From Protoeuglena noctilucae (lineage: Eukaryota), in the NCBI GenBank assembly GCA_958009085.1, contig OY253674.1:930001-994000 (forward strand): a stretch of 64,000 nucleotides of DNA, in the 5' to 3' direction. Every line of letters begins with the position of its first letter. The first letter of the stretch is position 1. A model generated the notes under the pieces. It worked only from the letters and a program-made list of their open reading frames with translations, had not been told where the DNA came from and ran no database searches. Below, piece after piece: positions 36,581 through 49,333 of this stretch. Made by a program: the position numbers and the translations under genes.

Positions 36581-37727
36581 ATGACTCGTCCCAGCGCCTC
36601 GCGGTCCCCCGCCGCACCTGTCCCGGACGCCACGGGCTTCCTGGGCTTCGCGGGCTTCGACCACGAGGCCGTCCGTGCAGAGAATCTGAGAGGGCGGCAG
36701 TTCTCCGCTGCTGACCGCCAGCAGCGGGCCGTCCACTTCCACCAGTCCCACGTCGACCTGGGCACGCGGCTCTCGGTGCCGTCCTGGGCCACGCCAGGGC
36801 AGCGCAAAGGCGCCTCCCTCGCGGCGGACCCGAACAGCACGGCTGGCGTTGCGACGGGGTACGGGGTCGGGGCCAACTCCTTCAATCTCATCTCAGGTGC
36901 GCACCGCCGCGCACTGTTGCCTGGCGTGCCTGGCGTGCCTGGCCGTGGCTCGGGTGCAAGCGCAGCACACGCGTTCGCGTTTGCGTCCCCAGGCACGCCT
37001 AGGGACGTTCAGTGGGAACTGGGCCCGCCCCATGGCGCGTATGCCAAGCGCGTGCCCCTGCACATGCTTTCGGAGGAAGTTCAGGCCCGGGCCTTGGAGC
37101 GGGGCGGGGAGCGAGAGCCCAGGCAAGGAGCAATGTGGCGCGGCGCGCCTGACGCATCTGTATGTTGCTGCAGCCGGCGACCTGGCACGTCGCCCCTGTC
37201 GCAGTAAGCGCGTCCCCTCGGCGCGCGGGGCGGGCGCCGCGGGGGTCACCCGGCACAACTTCTTGGAGGCCAGCCAGGCCATGCGGCACCCAGCATCACT
37301 GCAGTCGACAGCAGCCCCGGACGCCCGCCAATACACATCCTTCAACTCCCTCAACTCTGACCGGAGGAATAAGCGCTACACCACCCTCGTGGCTGCCGAC
37401 GTGCGAGGGCGCCCCCTGCGGTCCTCCGACGCGTACGGCGCCTTCTTCACCGTCGGGGACGTGAAGAGCCCGGGGTGAGCTTCGCCCCTGCCGCAGTGCG
37501 CGCGTAGCCAGGGCTCCCTTCCACCTCAATCATGCCTGCCGCGACCCCCCCGCAGGCTGACACGCCAGGGGACGGGACCCCTGGGTGAGACGTCGCCCTC
37601 GGCCCTGGGAGCCCGCGCCGGGGCCGTCTTCAAGCCCCGCGTGTTGTGCAGCGAGACGGGATTTGCAGAGTCGATCAAGGTCGGCAGCCGCCACGCAGCG
37701 GGGCACGTGGGCCAGGCCGGGCGATAG
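36581..37727 (+). CDS. Hypothetical protein (4 exons), low-complexity and largely non-globular
   Basis: Three GT-AG introns join open frames to a TAG at 37725-37727. No recognised domain. Confidence 0.6.
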
Positions 37728-37849
37728 CGCCTGCACCGCCTGCGGTGCGTTCAAATCATGCTTCCTTTTCATCGCGGGCCCGGCCGGGCGACTAGACAAG
37801 GATGGGGTGTACGCGTGCCAGGCAGGGTGCTCGGCATCCCAGCAAGCCC

Positions 37850-39653
37850 CTATGCGTCGCTGGCATGCTGCAAGGCCACCTCCCCGTTGGACTCGGGCCG
37901 TATGGCCGGGCCACCGTGGAACGAACTCATCGCCCGCGCCGCCTCCCTCCTCTTGCGGCCCTGCCGCGCCGACTCGAGGAGGAAGTCCAGCAGCATCTCC
38001 TGCCACCCCTCCAGTTTGTCGTACCCCGGGAAATAGTTGATGTCGACCACGAACGCCGTTCGCTCCCCTGCCGGCCCCGGCTCCTCCGACATGATCACGT
38101 CGATGTTGAACAAGCTCAGGCCCAACCGGCGCTGCATCTCCCTGCGTGGATGGGCGGACGGGCGCACTCGGTATGAGCGTGGGCACCGGTCCCTTGTGCT
38201 TTCGGCAACACAGCTGGCAGCACCTGCAGCAACCTTAACCCAGCAGCACTTGCCTCCCGAGCCCCACGACGAACCAGTCCGGAGGCGCATCGGCCATGTC
38301 CAGCAGCTCGGGCGTCGAGCAGCCGTCCCGGGACAGCTGGGACACCAGGGCGCAGCTGCCCTCTTGCCGCGCACGCGCCCCCGCTCCGACGGCCTCCAGC
38401 TGCGAGTACTCGTCCGCGTCGCTGCGGGGAGATGCCCCTTCCGCGGGGGGCTTGCGCGATATGCCCTGGAAGAACTTGACGTGCGTGGTCGTGTCGTCGG
38501 GCTCGGGGGCCAGGTCCCGCTCCCCCAGGGACGGCCGGCAGGCAAAGACGGCCTGACCGCCCACGACGTATATCTTGAACATGACCCCCTGGTGGTAGAT
38601 GTACTCCTGGGCCACGACGGGGGCGCCCAGGTCCAGGGGCGTGCCCCGGGAGCTGTCCAGGCGCGCGAGCTCCTCCAGGCCGGCCTCGGCGTTGACTACC
38701 GCGATCGTGTGGCACTCGATCCCGGTCCCGTGCGCCCCTGCGGACGCGGGCACACTGCCAGGGGTGGGGCGCAGTGCGGCCAAGGCGCGGAGTCCCAAAG
38801 GCGCAAAGGAGACGAGACGCACCTGCTGGCTTGAGCAAAAGAGGGTACTGCATGCCCCTCTTCCGGACCAGCTCCGCCACTTGCGTGGGGAAGTCTGCCG
38901 GGTGCACGACCATCTGGGCAGGCACTCGCACGCGGATGCGCTGCACGGCCCCCGGCGCATCGCCGTCGCGGCCCGCGTCTGGATTGCTGATGACCACCTC
39001 GCCGCTCTCGAGGCCCTGCAGCATCGTCTCGCGGTCGGAGAGCGAGCGAATGGCGTCGGGGGAATCCAACACCAGCACCTCGGGGTGCGACCGCGCGTAA
39101 TCCTCCACGCGACGCTCCCAAGACTTGCTGAAAATCTTATGCAAGAGAACGTCGAACGGGCCCTGGTCCTCCAGAGGCTTCTCCATGTCCACCAGCTGCG
39201 GGAAACGGGCCGGGCCGCAGCGCAATGGAATCCCTGCGCGTTGCGCCGCGCTCGGCGCACGGGCGGCCCCGCGGGTGGATGGAATAGAGTGCAGCGTTCC
39301 AAGCGCAGGCAGACGGCAGGCGAGGCGCGCAAGGCGGCCGCGCGCAGAGCTGCGAGCTGGAACTGCCCCTCCGGGCTCACCAGAATCGACAGCCCCGCGC
39401 GTCTCGCGCGCTCCAGGAACTCCTCCGTAAGGTACCGGCTGATCTTCTTCCCCGAAAGCGCGCACGCCACCGTGAGCGGCCCGGCAATTTCGGGATCCCC
39501 TGCGAGGAGCAGCGCGGACCTTGCGCCACCTACACGAGGGCGGGTCGCCGCCACGCCCGACGGTGCGGCAGCAAGAGGCCATGAGACTGCAAGTTGGCGG
39601 GTAGCCACGCGGGAAATGGCCACCCGATCCTCACCGGGCCCTGCCTCCCTCAT
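37850..39653 (-). CDS. ITPK1: Inositol-tetrakisphosphate 1-kinase / Ins(1,3,4)P3 5/6-kinase
   Basis: PLEDQGPFDVLLHK, QEYIYHQGVMFKIYVVG, LGLSLFNIDVI, VVDINYFPGYDK. Last intron is GC-AG (38142-38253). Confidence 0.93.
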
Positions 39654-40037
39654 GTTCCGTGCGTCAAACCCGGAATCCCAATTTCAGGTCGAGGGCTGAA
39701 TCCTCTGCGATAAGAAAGCAGTCTAGCTCGTTATCTATCATACCATCGCCCGCACGCACGCTCAGCTCGCCGCGGCGCGCAGGACCAGTGCGACCCAACC
39801 CACGCCCGCTTCGCGATGCGCGCCAGCGCCGCAGCGCACCTTCTGCCTCACGATGCACATCTGGACATCGTCTGGCGCGATGAACTGGCGAGATGGCATG
39901 GACTGGGCGCGCAGGCAGGCGGCGCCTGAGGCGCTGGAACTCGCATCAGCGTCAGACTGGGCCGGGAGGTCTCCGGCCGGCAGCGCCGAAGCCGCGCGTC
40001 AGTTCACGTGAATGTGGCTCTCCGTCCTGACTCTCTG

Positions 40038-42450
40038 ATGGACCCCTCCGCCTCGCTGCAGCAGGCCCTCCTGGCCTGCACCGAGGGTCTCGGGCGGCCG
40101 CGCGGGTTCGTCGATGTCCTGCGGGCTGCGGGATGCCTGGAGGAGGCCGGGCCCTCCAACCGACTGCTGGCGTTCTCGAACGACCTGGCGAACACGCTGC
40201 CCAAAAGGGCGGCAAGCATCGACGCCCAGATCGAGCTCAAGGCCACGCGACACCGTCGTTTGCTGAAGGAACTCGCGGAGGGATGCCAGCAGCTCCCGCG
40301 ACGGGTGTTCCGGGTGCGTCGAGATGTCATATTGCCGTGGAAACAACGGCGGGGCCTCCACGTGGCGTGATGCGAGAGCATGACTCCCTTGCAGGTCTTG
40401 GTGGGGAACGACGAGATGCTGTCGTCCCTCCGCGCCATCCGGGCCGCGGAGGTGTCCCTGCGCAATAACGGATACGTCTTGACGGGCAGGTGTGGGGCCG
40501 CGCATCTGAGAAGGCGGCACAGCTGGGTCACCTCGGCTGCGACAACCGCCGCCCTCCTCTCGTGATCCCGCAGCGCGACCCGCGATCGCCCGTTCGTCGC
40601 GTTCCTGGAGAGGGGCGGCACCGGCCTCGTCTCCGCCGCGCAGACCGCGCTGGCGGGAGTGCTTGATGCGTGCGCCGCGGAGGTGCAGCGGGGCGGGGGC
40701 TTCGGGCCAGAGATGGGCTCCGAGAGCATCTTCTACGGGATGCCCTTGGACGGACTGCTTGCCTTCATGCGGCGCGTGGAGGCGGTGGCATCGGTTCCTC
40801 CCCGGAGCATCGCAGCGGAGCGCCTGGCTACGCTGCGCACGCTGTCGGACGTGCTCAGCAACGCCGTGGGGGCGGCCGCCGTGCGTCGGCAGGACCATCG
40901 CGCCATGATGGTCCCGGTGGAATGCCTGGGAGGGCACCTTTGGGCATCCGCCGCGCCGACGTGTGCAGCTGCCGCAGCCCTGGCATGCGCGCTCTGCGCC
41001 GCCGCGGCCTCGGCGCCGCGCGAGCTCCCGGAGTCGGCGATCCTGGCTCTCGACAGCGCGGTTGCGGCGGTGGAGTCGGCGCTGGGGATGCTCGCGACGC
41101 ACCGGGAGGCCATGCAGCGCCTGGCGGGGTCGGCGGGTCTCTCCGAGGACGTGTGGGGCGGCGCCGACACCCCCGCGGCGGCTCGCGAGCGCCACGAGCG
41201 CATCGCGCACGCTCTGCTGACCGACGCCGTGGTGAGTGCCAGCAGCGCCAGGCGATCCGCGCTCATGGGTGACGAGCCTCAAAGCGCAAGCACGGTCTGC
41301 CGCCTGCAGAGCGCGTGGAAGACAGCGGCGGGGTCCGAGGCTGCCCTTGCGGCCCAGCGTGCCCTGGAGCAGCTCTGCGCGGCCCACGAGGCGCACGCCC
41401 AGCTCTTCGCCATGTTTGAGGCCCTGGGTGGGCAGCAGCCAGTGCTGGAGGACTACCTAGCTGCCGGGTCGGCTGCCTTCCGCGCGCACGCGTACGGCGC
41501 GCTCTTCAGGACGGGCCGGCACCTGATGCTCCTGTCGCTGCCCCGCCGGCACTGGGGAGAGGTCCTGGACTTCCTGTCAGAGCCGGGGCATCCCGGCCGG
41601 CTGCACCTGCGGTGGATGCACGAGGTGGCGGTGCTGCAGGTGAGGCTGCGGCGCAAGCCGAGAGGGCCTACGCGTTGTGCTCCTTGGCGCTCCTCGTCCG
41701 ATCAAGCCCTCCCTCTGTTTGCTGCCAGGCGGGAGTGGAGGCGGCGATGCTGCCGGGTCGAGAGGACATGTGTCAGCGCACGGCAGCCACGCTGGTGGGG
41801 GCAGGGGCTCTCGCGTCCGTGGGTCCGAGGGAGGGCAAGGAGCTGACGGGGCTGGCACGCGTGGCGCTGGCGGCGGGCGTCTGCCGGGACCCGTCTCTCC
41901 AGGCGCCCATCTCCCGGCAGATGCGGCTGCTCGACATCGCGGAGGAGCTTGGGATGGCTGGGACGGACCCCGAGGCCACTCTAGCCGGCATCATGGGTGA
42001 GGGGCACGAGGGGTTGCACATGTCCAGTGACGCGCAGTGCTTTGCAGACTTGCTAGCTCTGCTCCCACTTTGACCTCAGGGCCTGGCCTGGAGTCGGCCG
42101 TGAAGGCGGCGTCGGCGACGGAGCTTACCGCGGCCCGGGCCCGCCTGGCGCTGGAGCTGTTTGCGACGGCGGGCGCCGATTTCCAGACGCGGCACGTCGA
42201 CGACCTGCGTGCCGCGTGGCGCCTGGCCGTGACGGCGGACGAAGAGGCGTGGGAGGGGGAGGGAGGCGAGGGGGCTACCACCACTGCGGGGGCCACGCTG
42301 GTCACGTGGGCGTGGGACCTCTTCTTTGGGCCCGGGGCGGCGGAGGCGGCGGTGGTCGGGCCGGAAGAGGCGAGAGACATTGTGCGGGAGGCAATCGGGG
42401 ACGACGCGCGGGCGTTGGCGGTTCTGAGCTCAATGCAGGCGGCGGCATGA
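40038..42450 (+). CDS. NUP133: Nucleoporin Nup133-like protein, alpha-solenoid half only
   Basis: FSNDLANTLPK...AQIELKATRHRRLL, NDEMLSSLRAIR, ESIFY, LRWMHEV and QMRLLDIAEEL follow the order of Nup133 C-terminal motifs as I recall them. Confidence 0.65.
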
Positions 42451-42562
42451 CTGAGAATCGTTCCGGCCAAACATTCAAACCAAATGAGCCGTGCAAGACG
42501 CATGTCGTGCACTTGGTAGGGATGTGACGCAAAGCGGAACAAGGGCGCAAGCGAGAGAGCTG

Positions 42563-42567
42563 TGTAA
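42563..42567 (+). promoter_or_regulatory. TGTAA polyadenylation signal downstream of Nup133
   Basis: TGTAA 112 nt after the stop at 42450. Confidence 0.5.
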
Positions 42568-42610
42568 TTGGCACATCCCCACGCGCGTCGAGCAACAACA
42601 GGCGGGTGAC

Positions 42611-44973
42611 CTATTCGGGCTCGTAGGGTGCCGGTTCGGGCGGTGGGGCAGGTGGGGCGCCGTCCATCGGCAGGGGAGGCTGCGCCTCGTCGGGCGGCAG
42701 GGGCGGCATGTCGCCAGGCGGCGGGGGCACACCTGCAGCAAGGGTGACGAAGCTCGCGTTCGCACTGGCAGCGTGTCAGACCGACCAGCGACTCCAGCCC
42801 ATATCAACACACATGCCCAGAGACTACGACATCTGCGATCCTCACTTGGGTCGTGGGGGTAACCCTGACCGTAGGGCCCTGGCGCGCCGTACGGTGGCCC
42901 ACCGTAGCCGTACCCCGGCCCGCCGTACCCAGGCCCGCCGTACCCTGGTCCGCCGTACGCGGGCGGCGGCGTCCCGTAGCCGCCTGAGGAGGGGGGCATG
43001 CCGTAGGGCCCAGGGGGATACCCAGGAGCCGGCGGCATGGGGGGCGGACCCCCGTAAGGGGGAGGCGGCATGCCCGGGCCCCCGTAGCCCCCGGGGGGGT
43101 ACCCGGGGGGCCCGTAAGGTGGTGGTGGCATGCCGGGACCACCCGGCGGGCCCATGTGCATGGGCGGGCCGCCCGGGGGCCCGTACGGCATGCGGCCGTG
43201 GGGCCGCGGCCCTCCCCCGTCCGCGAACCCCAGCCCCGGGCGGCCCCGCCCTCGCCCGGGGGTGCCCCGACCCGGGGTCCCCGGCCCCGGCATCCCGGGG
43301 CCCGGCTGCGGCGGTCCCCCGAACATGGGCCCGGGCCCGTCGTCCCGGCTCTCCCGCACGTTGTAATGCACGTCCGTCTTCCCCGCGATGGGGTCGCCGC
43401 CGAGCTCCTTGAGGAAAGACTTGTATTCGTCCTCCATCGCGCCGGGGTCCTGGCCCGTGAAGCGCGCCACATCCCGACGGTACTGCTCTGCAGGCGCAAA
43501 CGATGGGGAGGGGTGGCGACCGTGCGCCGCCTGAAGCAAAAGGCAGTGACGCGTACGCCGCCAGACAGGGCGGGATTGAAGGCTCACCCTGGACACGCTG
43601 CTGGATCTGGGTGGGGAGGCGGTAGACGCCCTCCATGCCCGCGGCGCCCGCGCGGCTGGGGTCGGACATGATGAGGGCGAGGGAGTTGCGGGTGTCCGCG
43701 AAGCCTTGGTCCCCGGCCCACGTGCCGTTGATCTTGGCCAGTTGCATGAGCTGCTGCCGCTTGTGCACGTTCATGTCCTCGGGCACGGGCGTCAGCAGGG
43801 GCTCGATCACCATCGTCGCCCGGTCGACCTGGTCCCACTCCTCCCCGGACACGTGCACGTGCAGCTCCTCGTTCCACCCGTCGGGCAGCCGCCCGTCCGC
43901 GCGCCGCGGCGGCAGCGACTGCCCGTCCTTCTGCGACCCCTTGCCGCGCACCGTGACCTTGGCCCCCGTCTCGAGCTCCAGGCGCTTCTGCGTGTTGCCA
44001 CGAGGCCCCAGGATCATGCCGATGAAGTTGTACCCCGGGTGGTCCTTGGCGGGGATGTAGAGGATGACGTCCTTGGTCGGCGGGCGAATGCCGTTGGGGA
44101 GGTTGTGCCGCCCGGGGTCGTAGTACCACGACTCGTAGAGCGACTGCTTCTTCTCGTACTCGATCTGCGACGAAGGGCCAAGCGCAAGCGGTCCGGCGGG
44201 GGTGTCTTGTGCACCCGGTGGGCCGGCACGGGCTGCAGACGCAAGGCCAGGGAAGCGCCCTGCCCGCTCCAATGCCCACCTTGGTCTTCACGCGATCCTC
44301 CCGGGTATTGGTACGCTCCCCCGTGTCGGGATCGTAGATGGGCGGCGGGGACGGGGAGCGGTGGCGGGCCGAAGGGATGGGGAGGGCGTTGTACTGGATC
44401 ATCTTGTTGCACTGCAGAGCAAGCGGCCGTGGGGACGTCTCGTCACCGCGAACGTGCACAACAACGGATGCGTGACGAGGCCTCGCTGAGAGAGGGCGCG
44501 CGGCGCAGGACGGCCCACCTGCTCAACCCGAGAGTGGAGGGCGGCTGCCCGGGCCTTCCGAGCCACCACAGGGTACATCGGATCCGGCCCGAATCGGGTG
44601 CCCTCGCGCGGAGGCGTGGGCGGCCTCGACTCCTGTTGCGGCGCCACGGGCAGGATGGACGTGACAACCGACTTGAGCTTGGCGCGCAGGTGCTCGGGGA
44701 TCTGCGTGGGGTGCGAGGCCTGCCAGTCCGCGGCCCACCGCAACTCGCACCGATGAAACGGCGAGCAGGACGAGGCGGCGGAAGACGGCTCCGGGCACAC
44801 GTCCCAGCGGTCCCGCCACGTGGCCGCACCTGAGGGTTCAGCCCGTCGTCCCCCGCGATGATGGCGCGCTCCTCCTCGGGCTTCTCCTGGACCCTGCTCG
44901 CAAAGGTGCGATTGAAGGCCGCAGCCGCCTCCGCCGCGGCGGTGCGGGCGTCGCCGCCCCATCTAGAGGACAT
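42611..44973 (-). CDS. SF1: Splicing factor 1 / branchpoint-binding protein
   Basis: RSPSPPPIYD...RTNTRE, KH domain YNFIGMILGPRGNTQKRLE, QUA2 HKRQQLMQLAKING, MEDEYKSFLKELG, Pro/Gly/Tyr-rich tail. Confidence 0.95.
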
Positions 44974-45288
44974 GGCGGGCCCCCTGCCCGCAGAATCCCT
45001 TGCGTGCAAACGTTGACAATGAAACGACCGCGGTGCCTAGCTGGCGAGCTCTGGGGGGGTGGCGCGGGACGCGTCAAGCCCCAGCAGCCGTGAGTAGGCC
45101 TTTACGACGGCTTGACTTCAGAGATCGAACGCTAACATTGAGATCGGGACCGGGGGCGCGTGTGCAAAAAGCAGGATGGTGTCAAAACTGAGCTGATGAG
45201 CAGTAGAGCACGTTTGGCCAGCGCAGGCGCTTATGGAAGCTATGGAAGCTATCTTGACAGTGACTCGGCGGGGACGAAAGGGCTGGCC

Positions 45289-45987
45289 TCACTGGGGCGG
45301 CTTCTCCTCTCTCCCCGCGTCGCCCTCGCGGCTGTCCTGATCGGGAGTTAGCCGGATCCTGGTGCGCTTGGGGGCCTTCTCCTGTATTCGAGACGACAAC
45401 GGCGACCGATACGGAGGCGCAGCTAGCGTAAGCGAGGGTCTTTGCCGAGGCAGCGCAAGCAGCACGGCCAGAGCAAACAGCCTGCTCAGGCGACGCAGCG
45501 CCGGGTCTACAGCCTTGAAGGGTGTGATACCGGCATGGACATGGTCTCGATTGCGCACCTCAGCCATACGTTCGAGCTCCTCGGGGCCCTCCTGCGCCAC
45601 CACCACTGCCCCCGCCATGGCTGCCGCGAGGGAGCCCAGCACTGCGGTCGAAAGCGTCGCCTCGATGAGGCATACCAACGCGAAGGCCGTCCACAGCCCA
45701 TGGGTTCGCGGTTCGTCGCGACATAGCGAGACGCAAGACCCCACGGGATTGGCTGAGCCTAGCCACCCCCCCCAGGGCGCATGAGCCTCACCGAGGGCCA
45801 CCGTCTGCGCTGCCGTGATCCACGGCGACCCGTCGAACGCCTCGCCGGGCATCAGTGGAGGGCGGCTCTCGAGGGATGGAGGATACGCGTGCCCAGCGCA
45901 CCGAGCACCGCCAAGCAGCTGGATGACCACGCGCTTGCTTCCGCCTCGCTGACGGTCGGACGTACACTGCTCCGTGCACGCCTGCAT
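45289..45987 (-). CDS. Small putative single-TM protein; 5' end uncertain (may extend to about 46495)
   Basis: Two plausible GT-AG introns yield ...WITAAQTVAL/VLGSLAAAMAGAVVVAQEGPEELERMAE/EKAPKRTRIRL...PPQ-stop. Confidence 0.45.
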   Translation of the reverse strand: MQACTEQCTSDRQRGGSKRVVIQLLGGARCAGHAYPPSLESRPPLMPGEAFDGSPWITAAQTVALGEAHAPWGGWLGSANPVGSCVSLCRDEPRTHGLWTAFALVCLIEATLSTAVLGSLAAAMAGAVVVAQEGPEELERMAEVRNRDHVHAGITPFKAVDPALRRLSRLFALAVLLALPRQRPSLTLAAPPYRSPLSSRIQEKAPKRTRIRLTPDQDSREGDAGREEKPPQ

Positions 45988-46713
45988 CGGCCCAGTTTCC
46001 CCACAGACGCCGCGTTTCCGGGCAGCCCCCTGTCAGAGCTGAGCAGGGCGACGTTTCCGAGCGCACGTCCGGCCAAGTGGCGCTTCTGGAGCCCCAAATA
46101 GTCCGCCTTTGATTCGCCAGCATCAGAACGTCACTGGTCGCGTGGGGGAGCTCGCAAGTGGCCCGCAATCCGCCGTTGTCGCGCCTGCCTGCCCGGTCAC
46201 CCGGCCGAGGGTCCTTTACGAGGTGCATTCCCTTTTCAGGGTCCCCGGAAGCTGTCGCGAGAGCCAGAGGACGAAAAGTCAAGGTGCCCGCTCCGCCCGG
46301 GAGGTCGCCGCGCCACCTGTGGACGAGCTCGGGGGATGCGCTCGTTTTTAAGCCTCTCATGCGCGGAAATCGGCCATCTCCCCCGCACCACTCCCCCGCC
46401 GTGCGCGTGCGGCGCGGGGTGCCCGGCCTGGCGCCGCTCCGCACTATAGGAGCGCTCCGAGCCTCGGCGACGCATGATGTAAAGATGCTCTCCATGACCG
46501 GGGCGTGGGACTGACGGAACCGCCCCCCGGCCGAGTTATCTCGGCACGAGCGTCTCCGTCGCCACTCTCCCGCAGGCTATGCCCCCCTCTGGGCGCCTCT
46601 CACGGGTCTCCCGATCTTCGCACCGCTCTAGATAGCTGGACCGCAACAGTCGTGGCAACGTCGCGGGAGGAGGAGGGGCCCGCGGCGCTCGGGGTGGGGC
46701 CGGCTGAGTAGAC

Positions 46714-49132
46714 ATGAACTTTTTGGAGGCGACGCGGTTCGTATGGCGCTTCGGGGGCTCCCAGGTCCACCTGTGTGGATCGTTCACGCGCTGGGTGGAG
46801 ACGGTGCCCATGCACCCAGGTGCCGACCGCGGGGGGCACGTGCCGGCGCCCTGCGCCCTCTGGACCCGCCGCGCTTCACCCCTCGCGCGGCGTCCTCGCA
46901 GTGGAGCACCAGCCCGGCGTGTTCACGGTGCTGGTGCACCTACCCCCCGGGTACCACCAGTACAAATTCATCGTGGACGGGGAGTGGCGGCACGACGAGA
47001 CGCAGCCCTTCATGCCCGACCCTCTGGGGAACGTTAACAACTGGTTGTTTGTGCGGCGGACGGACTTAGACCATGCGCAAGGTGCGTGGTCCTACCTCGG
47101 GAGCACTGCCTGTGGCGGGACGTCCCCGGGGGCCGCCCCACCGCCGGCTCTCGGCGTCTTGGCCGCAGTCGCGCAGTCCATGCAAGCGCAAGTGCCGCAT
47201 GAGGACCAAGCGATGTCGGGGCACATGGGGGTCCCGCGGGAGGGAGGGCAGCCAGGAGGGTCTCCAGAGGACTGCAAGGCGAGGGGGCGCGGAGCCCGCC
47301 ACTTGCTGGAGACGTTTCTGGCAGCACCGGACACGGCCTTTTGCATGCCCCTTCCGCAGATGGAGGACGAGGAGGAGCGGGGCGTGGTGGTGATGCCGGA
47401 GAACGAGCCGGAGGCGACCAAGCGCAAAATCCTCGACTTCCTCAACTCCCACACCGCGTACGAGCTGATTCCAGGCGCGTCAGCGGCAAGCGGGGATGGG
47501 AGGCCATGCTCTGGCCTCGTTCCTACGCCCCAGGGGCACCCCCGTTTGCCAGCCCATGCCTTCACTTCAACTCCACAGCCGCGCTCGCAGAAAGCGGCAA
47601 GGTGGTGCTGCTGGACACCAAGCTCCCCGTGCGGCAGGCGTTCCATGCGCTGCACGACCAGGGCGTCACGAGCGCGCCGCTGTGGGACTCGACCAGCCAC
47701 ACCATGGTGGGCATGATCTCGGCATCAGGCGAGCGTCGGTGGCGTTCGCTCACCGTGCGCGCTCGACACGCCGTGCGACGATGTCCATTTCACGGACTCT
47801 ACGATGGCTCGCTTTTTGCTTGCCGGATGATGTTAACCTTTTTCGCTCCTTAACGAAGCCCTGAGCACGGCCCGCCGTCGCTCGCCCTCGCCCCCCCGCA
47901 GCTCGCCGCCGTCCATCGTCCCCGCCCCTCTCCTGCCCCCAGATTTCATATCGCTGCTGCAGCAGATGCGGCAGACGGTGTCTGCGAGCGGCAACCCCCT
48001 GACGGAGGCGCAGATTGACAGCTTCACCATCCTCGACTTCCGGGAGCAGTGTGCCGAGCAGGGCAACCCCCCGCGGCCCATGGTCTTCGTCAAGCCGGAG
48101 GACTCGCTGCGGGTGGTCGTGGAGACGCTGCTCAAGTCGGGGTGCTCCTCAGCGCCCATCCTCACGGGCGACCCCGGCACGTCCACCGACGGGCGCATCT
48201 GCGAGCTCCTGCACGTCGCGACGCTCTCCGGCGTCCTCGCGTGCCTCATGCGCCACTTTCGCGCCTCCCTGGCGAGCCTACCCCTCCTCAACGCCCAGAT
48301 CAGCGAGGTGCCCCTGGGCGCGTGGCAGGCCGCGGCCATCGGCGGGCCCGACAACCCCGCGCCCGTGACGGGCCCGCGGGCCAAGGGGCAGATCGGGGGC
48401 CGCATGGTCCTGGAGGAGCTCTACACGGTGCACCCCAACACTCCCGTCACGCGGGCGCTGGGCCTCCTGGTGGAGCGGGGCGTGTCGGCTCTGCCGGTGG
48501 AGGACGACCACGGGCACCTGCTGGACATCTACGCCCGCGCCGACATCACCCTGCTGGCCAAGGGCAACGCCTACACCCAGCTGCAGCACGCCGAAGTGAC
48601 GGTGGCGCAGGTCCTGGCCCTGGCACAGATCCCCAACCCGCAGCCGGCCCAGGCCGCAGGGCCGCGTGTCGTCGGGCACGGGGGGCTCAGGCGAGGGCCG
48701 CGGATGGGATGGGGCGCTCGTGGCTGACGTCTGTTGGACAGCGCGACTGTGCGGCAACCTCAGGGGCGTGAGGGTCGGTTTTGGTCTCTCCGTCCCCGCA
48801 GCCAAGCCATGGCGGGGCAGCAGGGGCCGCAGCGTTTCCACATCGTGGGGGGGGCGCAGCCGCAGGGCCCGGCCCCGCAGCCCAAGCAACGCGTGTTCAC
48901 GTGCACGCGGCGCGACACCCTGAGGAGGTGGGTGCCTGCCCCGGTGGGTGGCAATGGCGTCACTCCGACAGCCTGAGCGCTCTTACTGCCGCATCACCGC
49001 TCGCTCGCCCGCAGTGTCATTGAGAAACTGAGCATGCCCGGCGTACGCCGCGTCATTGTTGTGGACCCGGACACGCGGCGGGCCGAGGGCATCATTTCTC
49101 TGTCGGATGTGGCGGCCTTCATCCTCATGTGA
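46714..49132 (+). CDS. SNF4: SnRK1 betagamma subunit (CBM48 plus CBS domains)
   Basis: FVWRFGG...[34 protein letters not shown]...[25 protein letters not shown]; seven introns. Confidence 0.95.
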
Positions 49133-49333
49133 CCCGGCCCGTGCTCGCCCGCCGCCCCGTTTGCCCTACCTAGCCGGACGAGGCCTCGCCGCGTCTGGCA
49201 GAGCCTAGGCGATGCTTGGATTCGACGGACCTGGCGTTGAAGACCGGAGTTTGTGAGGCGCCGCGCCCAACGCGCACCAGATCGCGACACACTGTGGACA
49301 GCGCCCATCATGCCACTGCGAGCCTAGGGCGAG

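Noticed and set aside
42860..43330. GGPGY/PPPY repeats
   Set aside because: Ordinary Pro-rich low-complexity tail of SF1.
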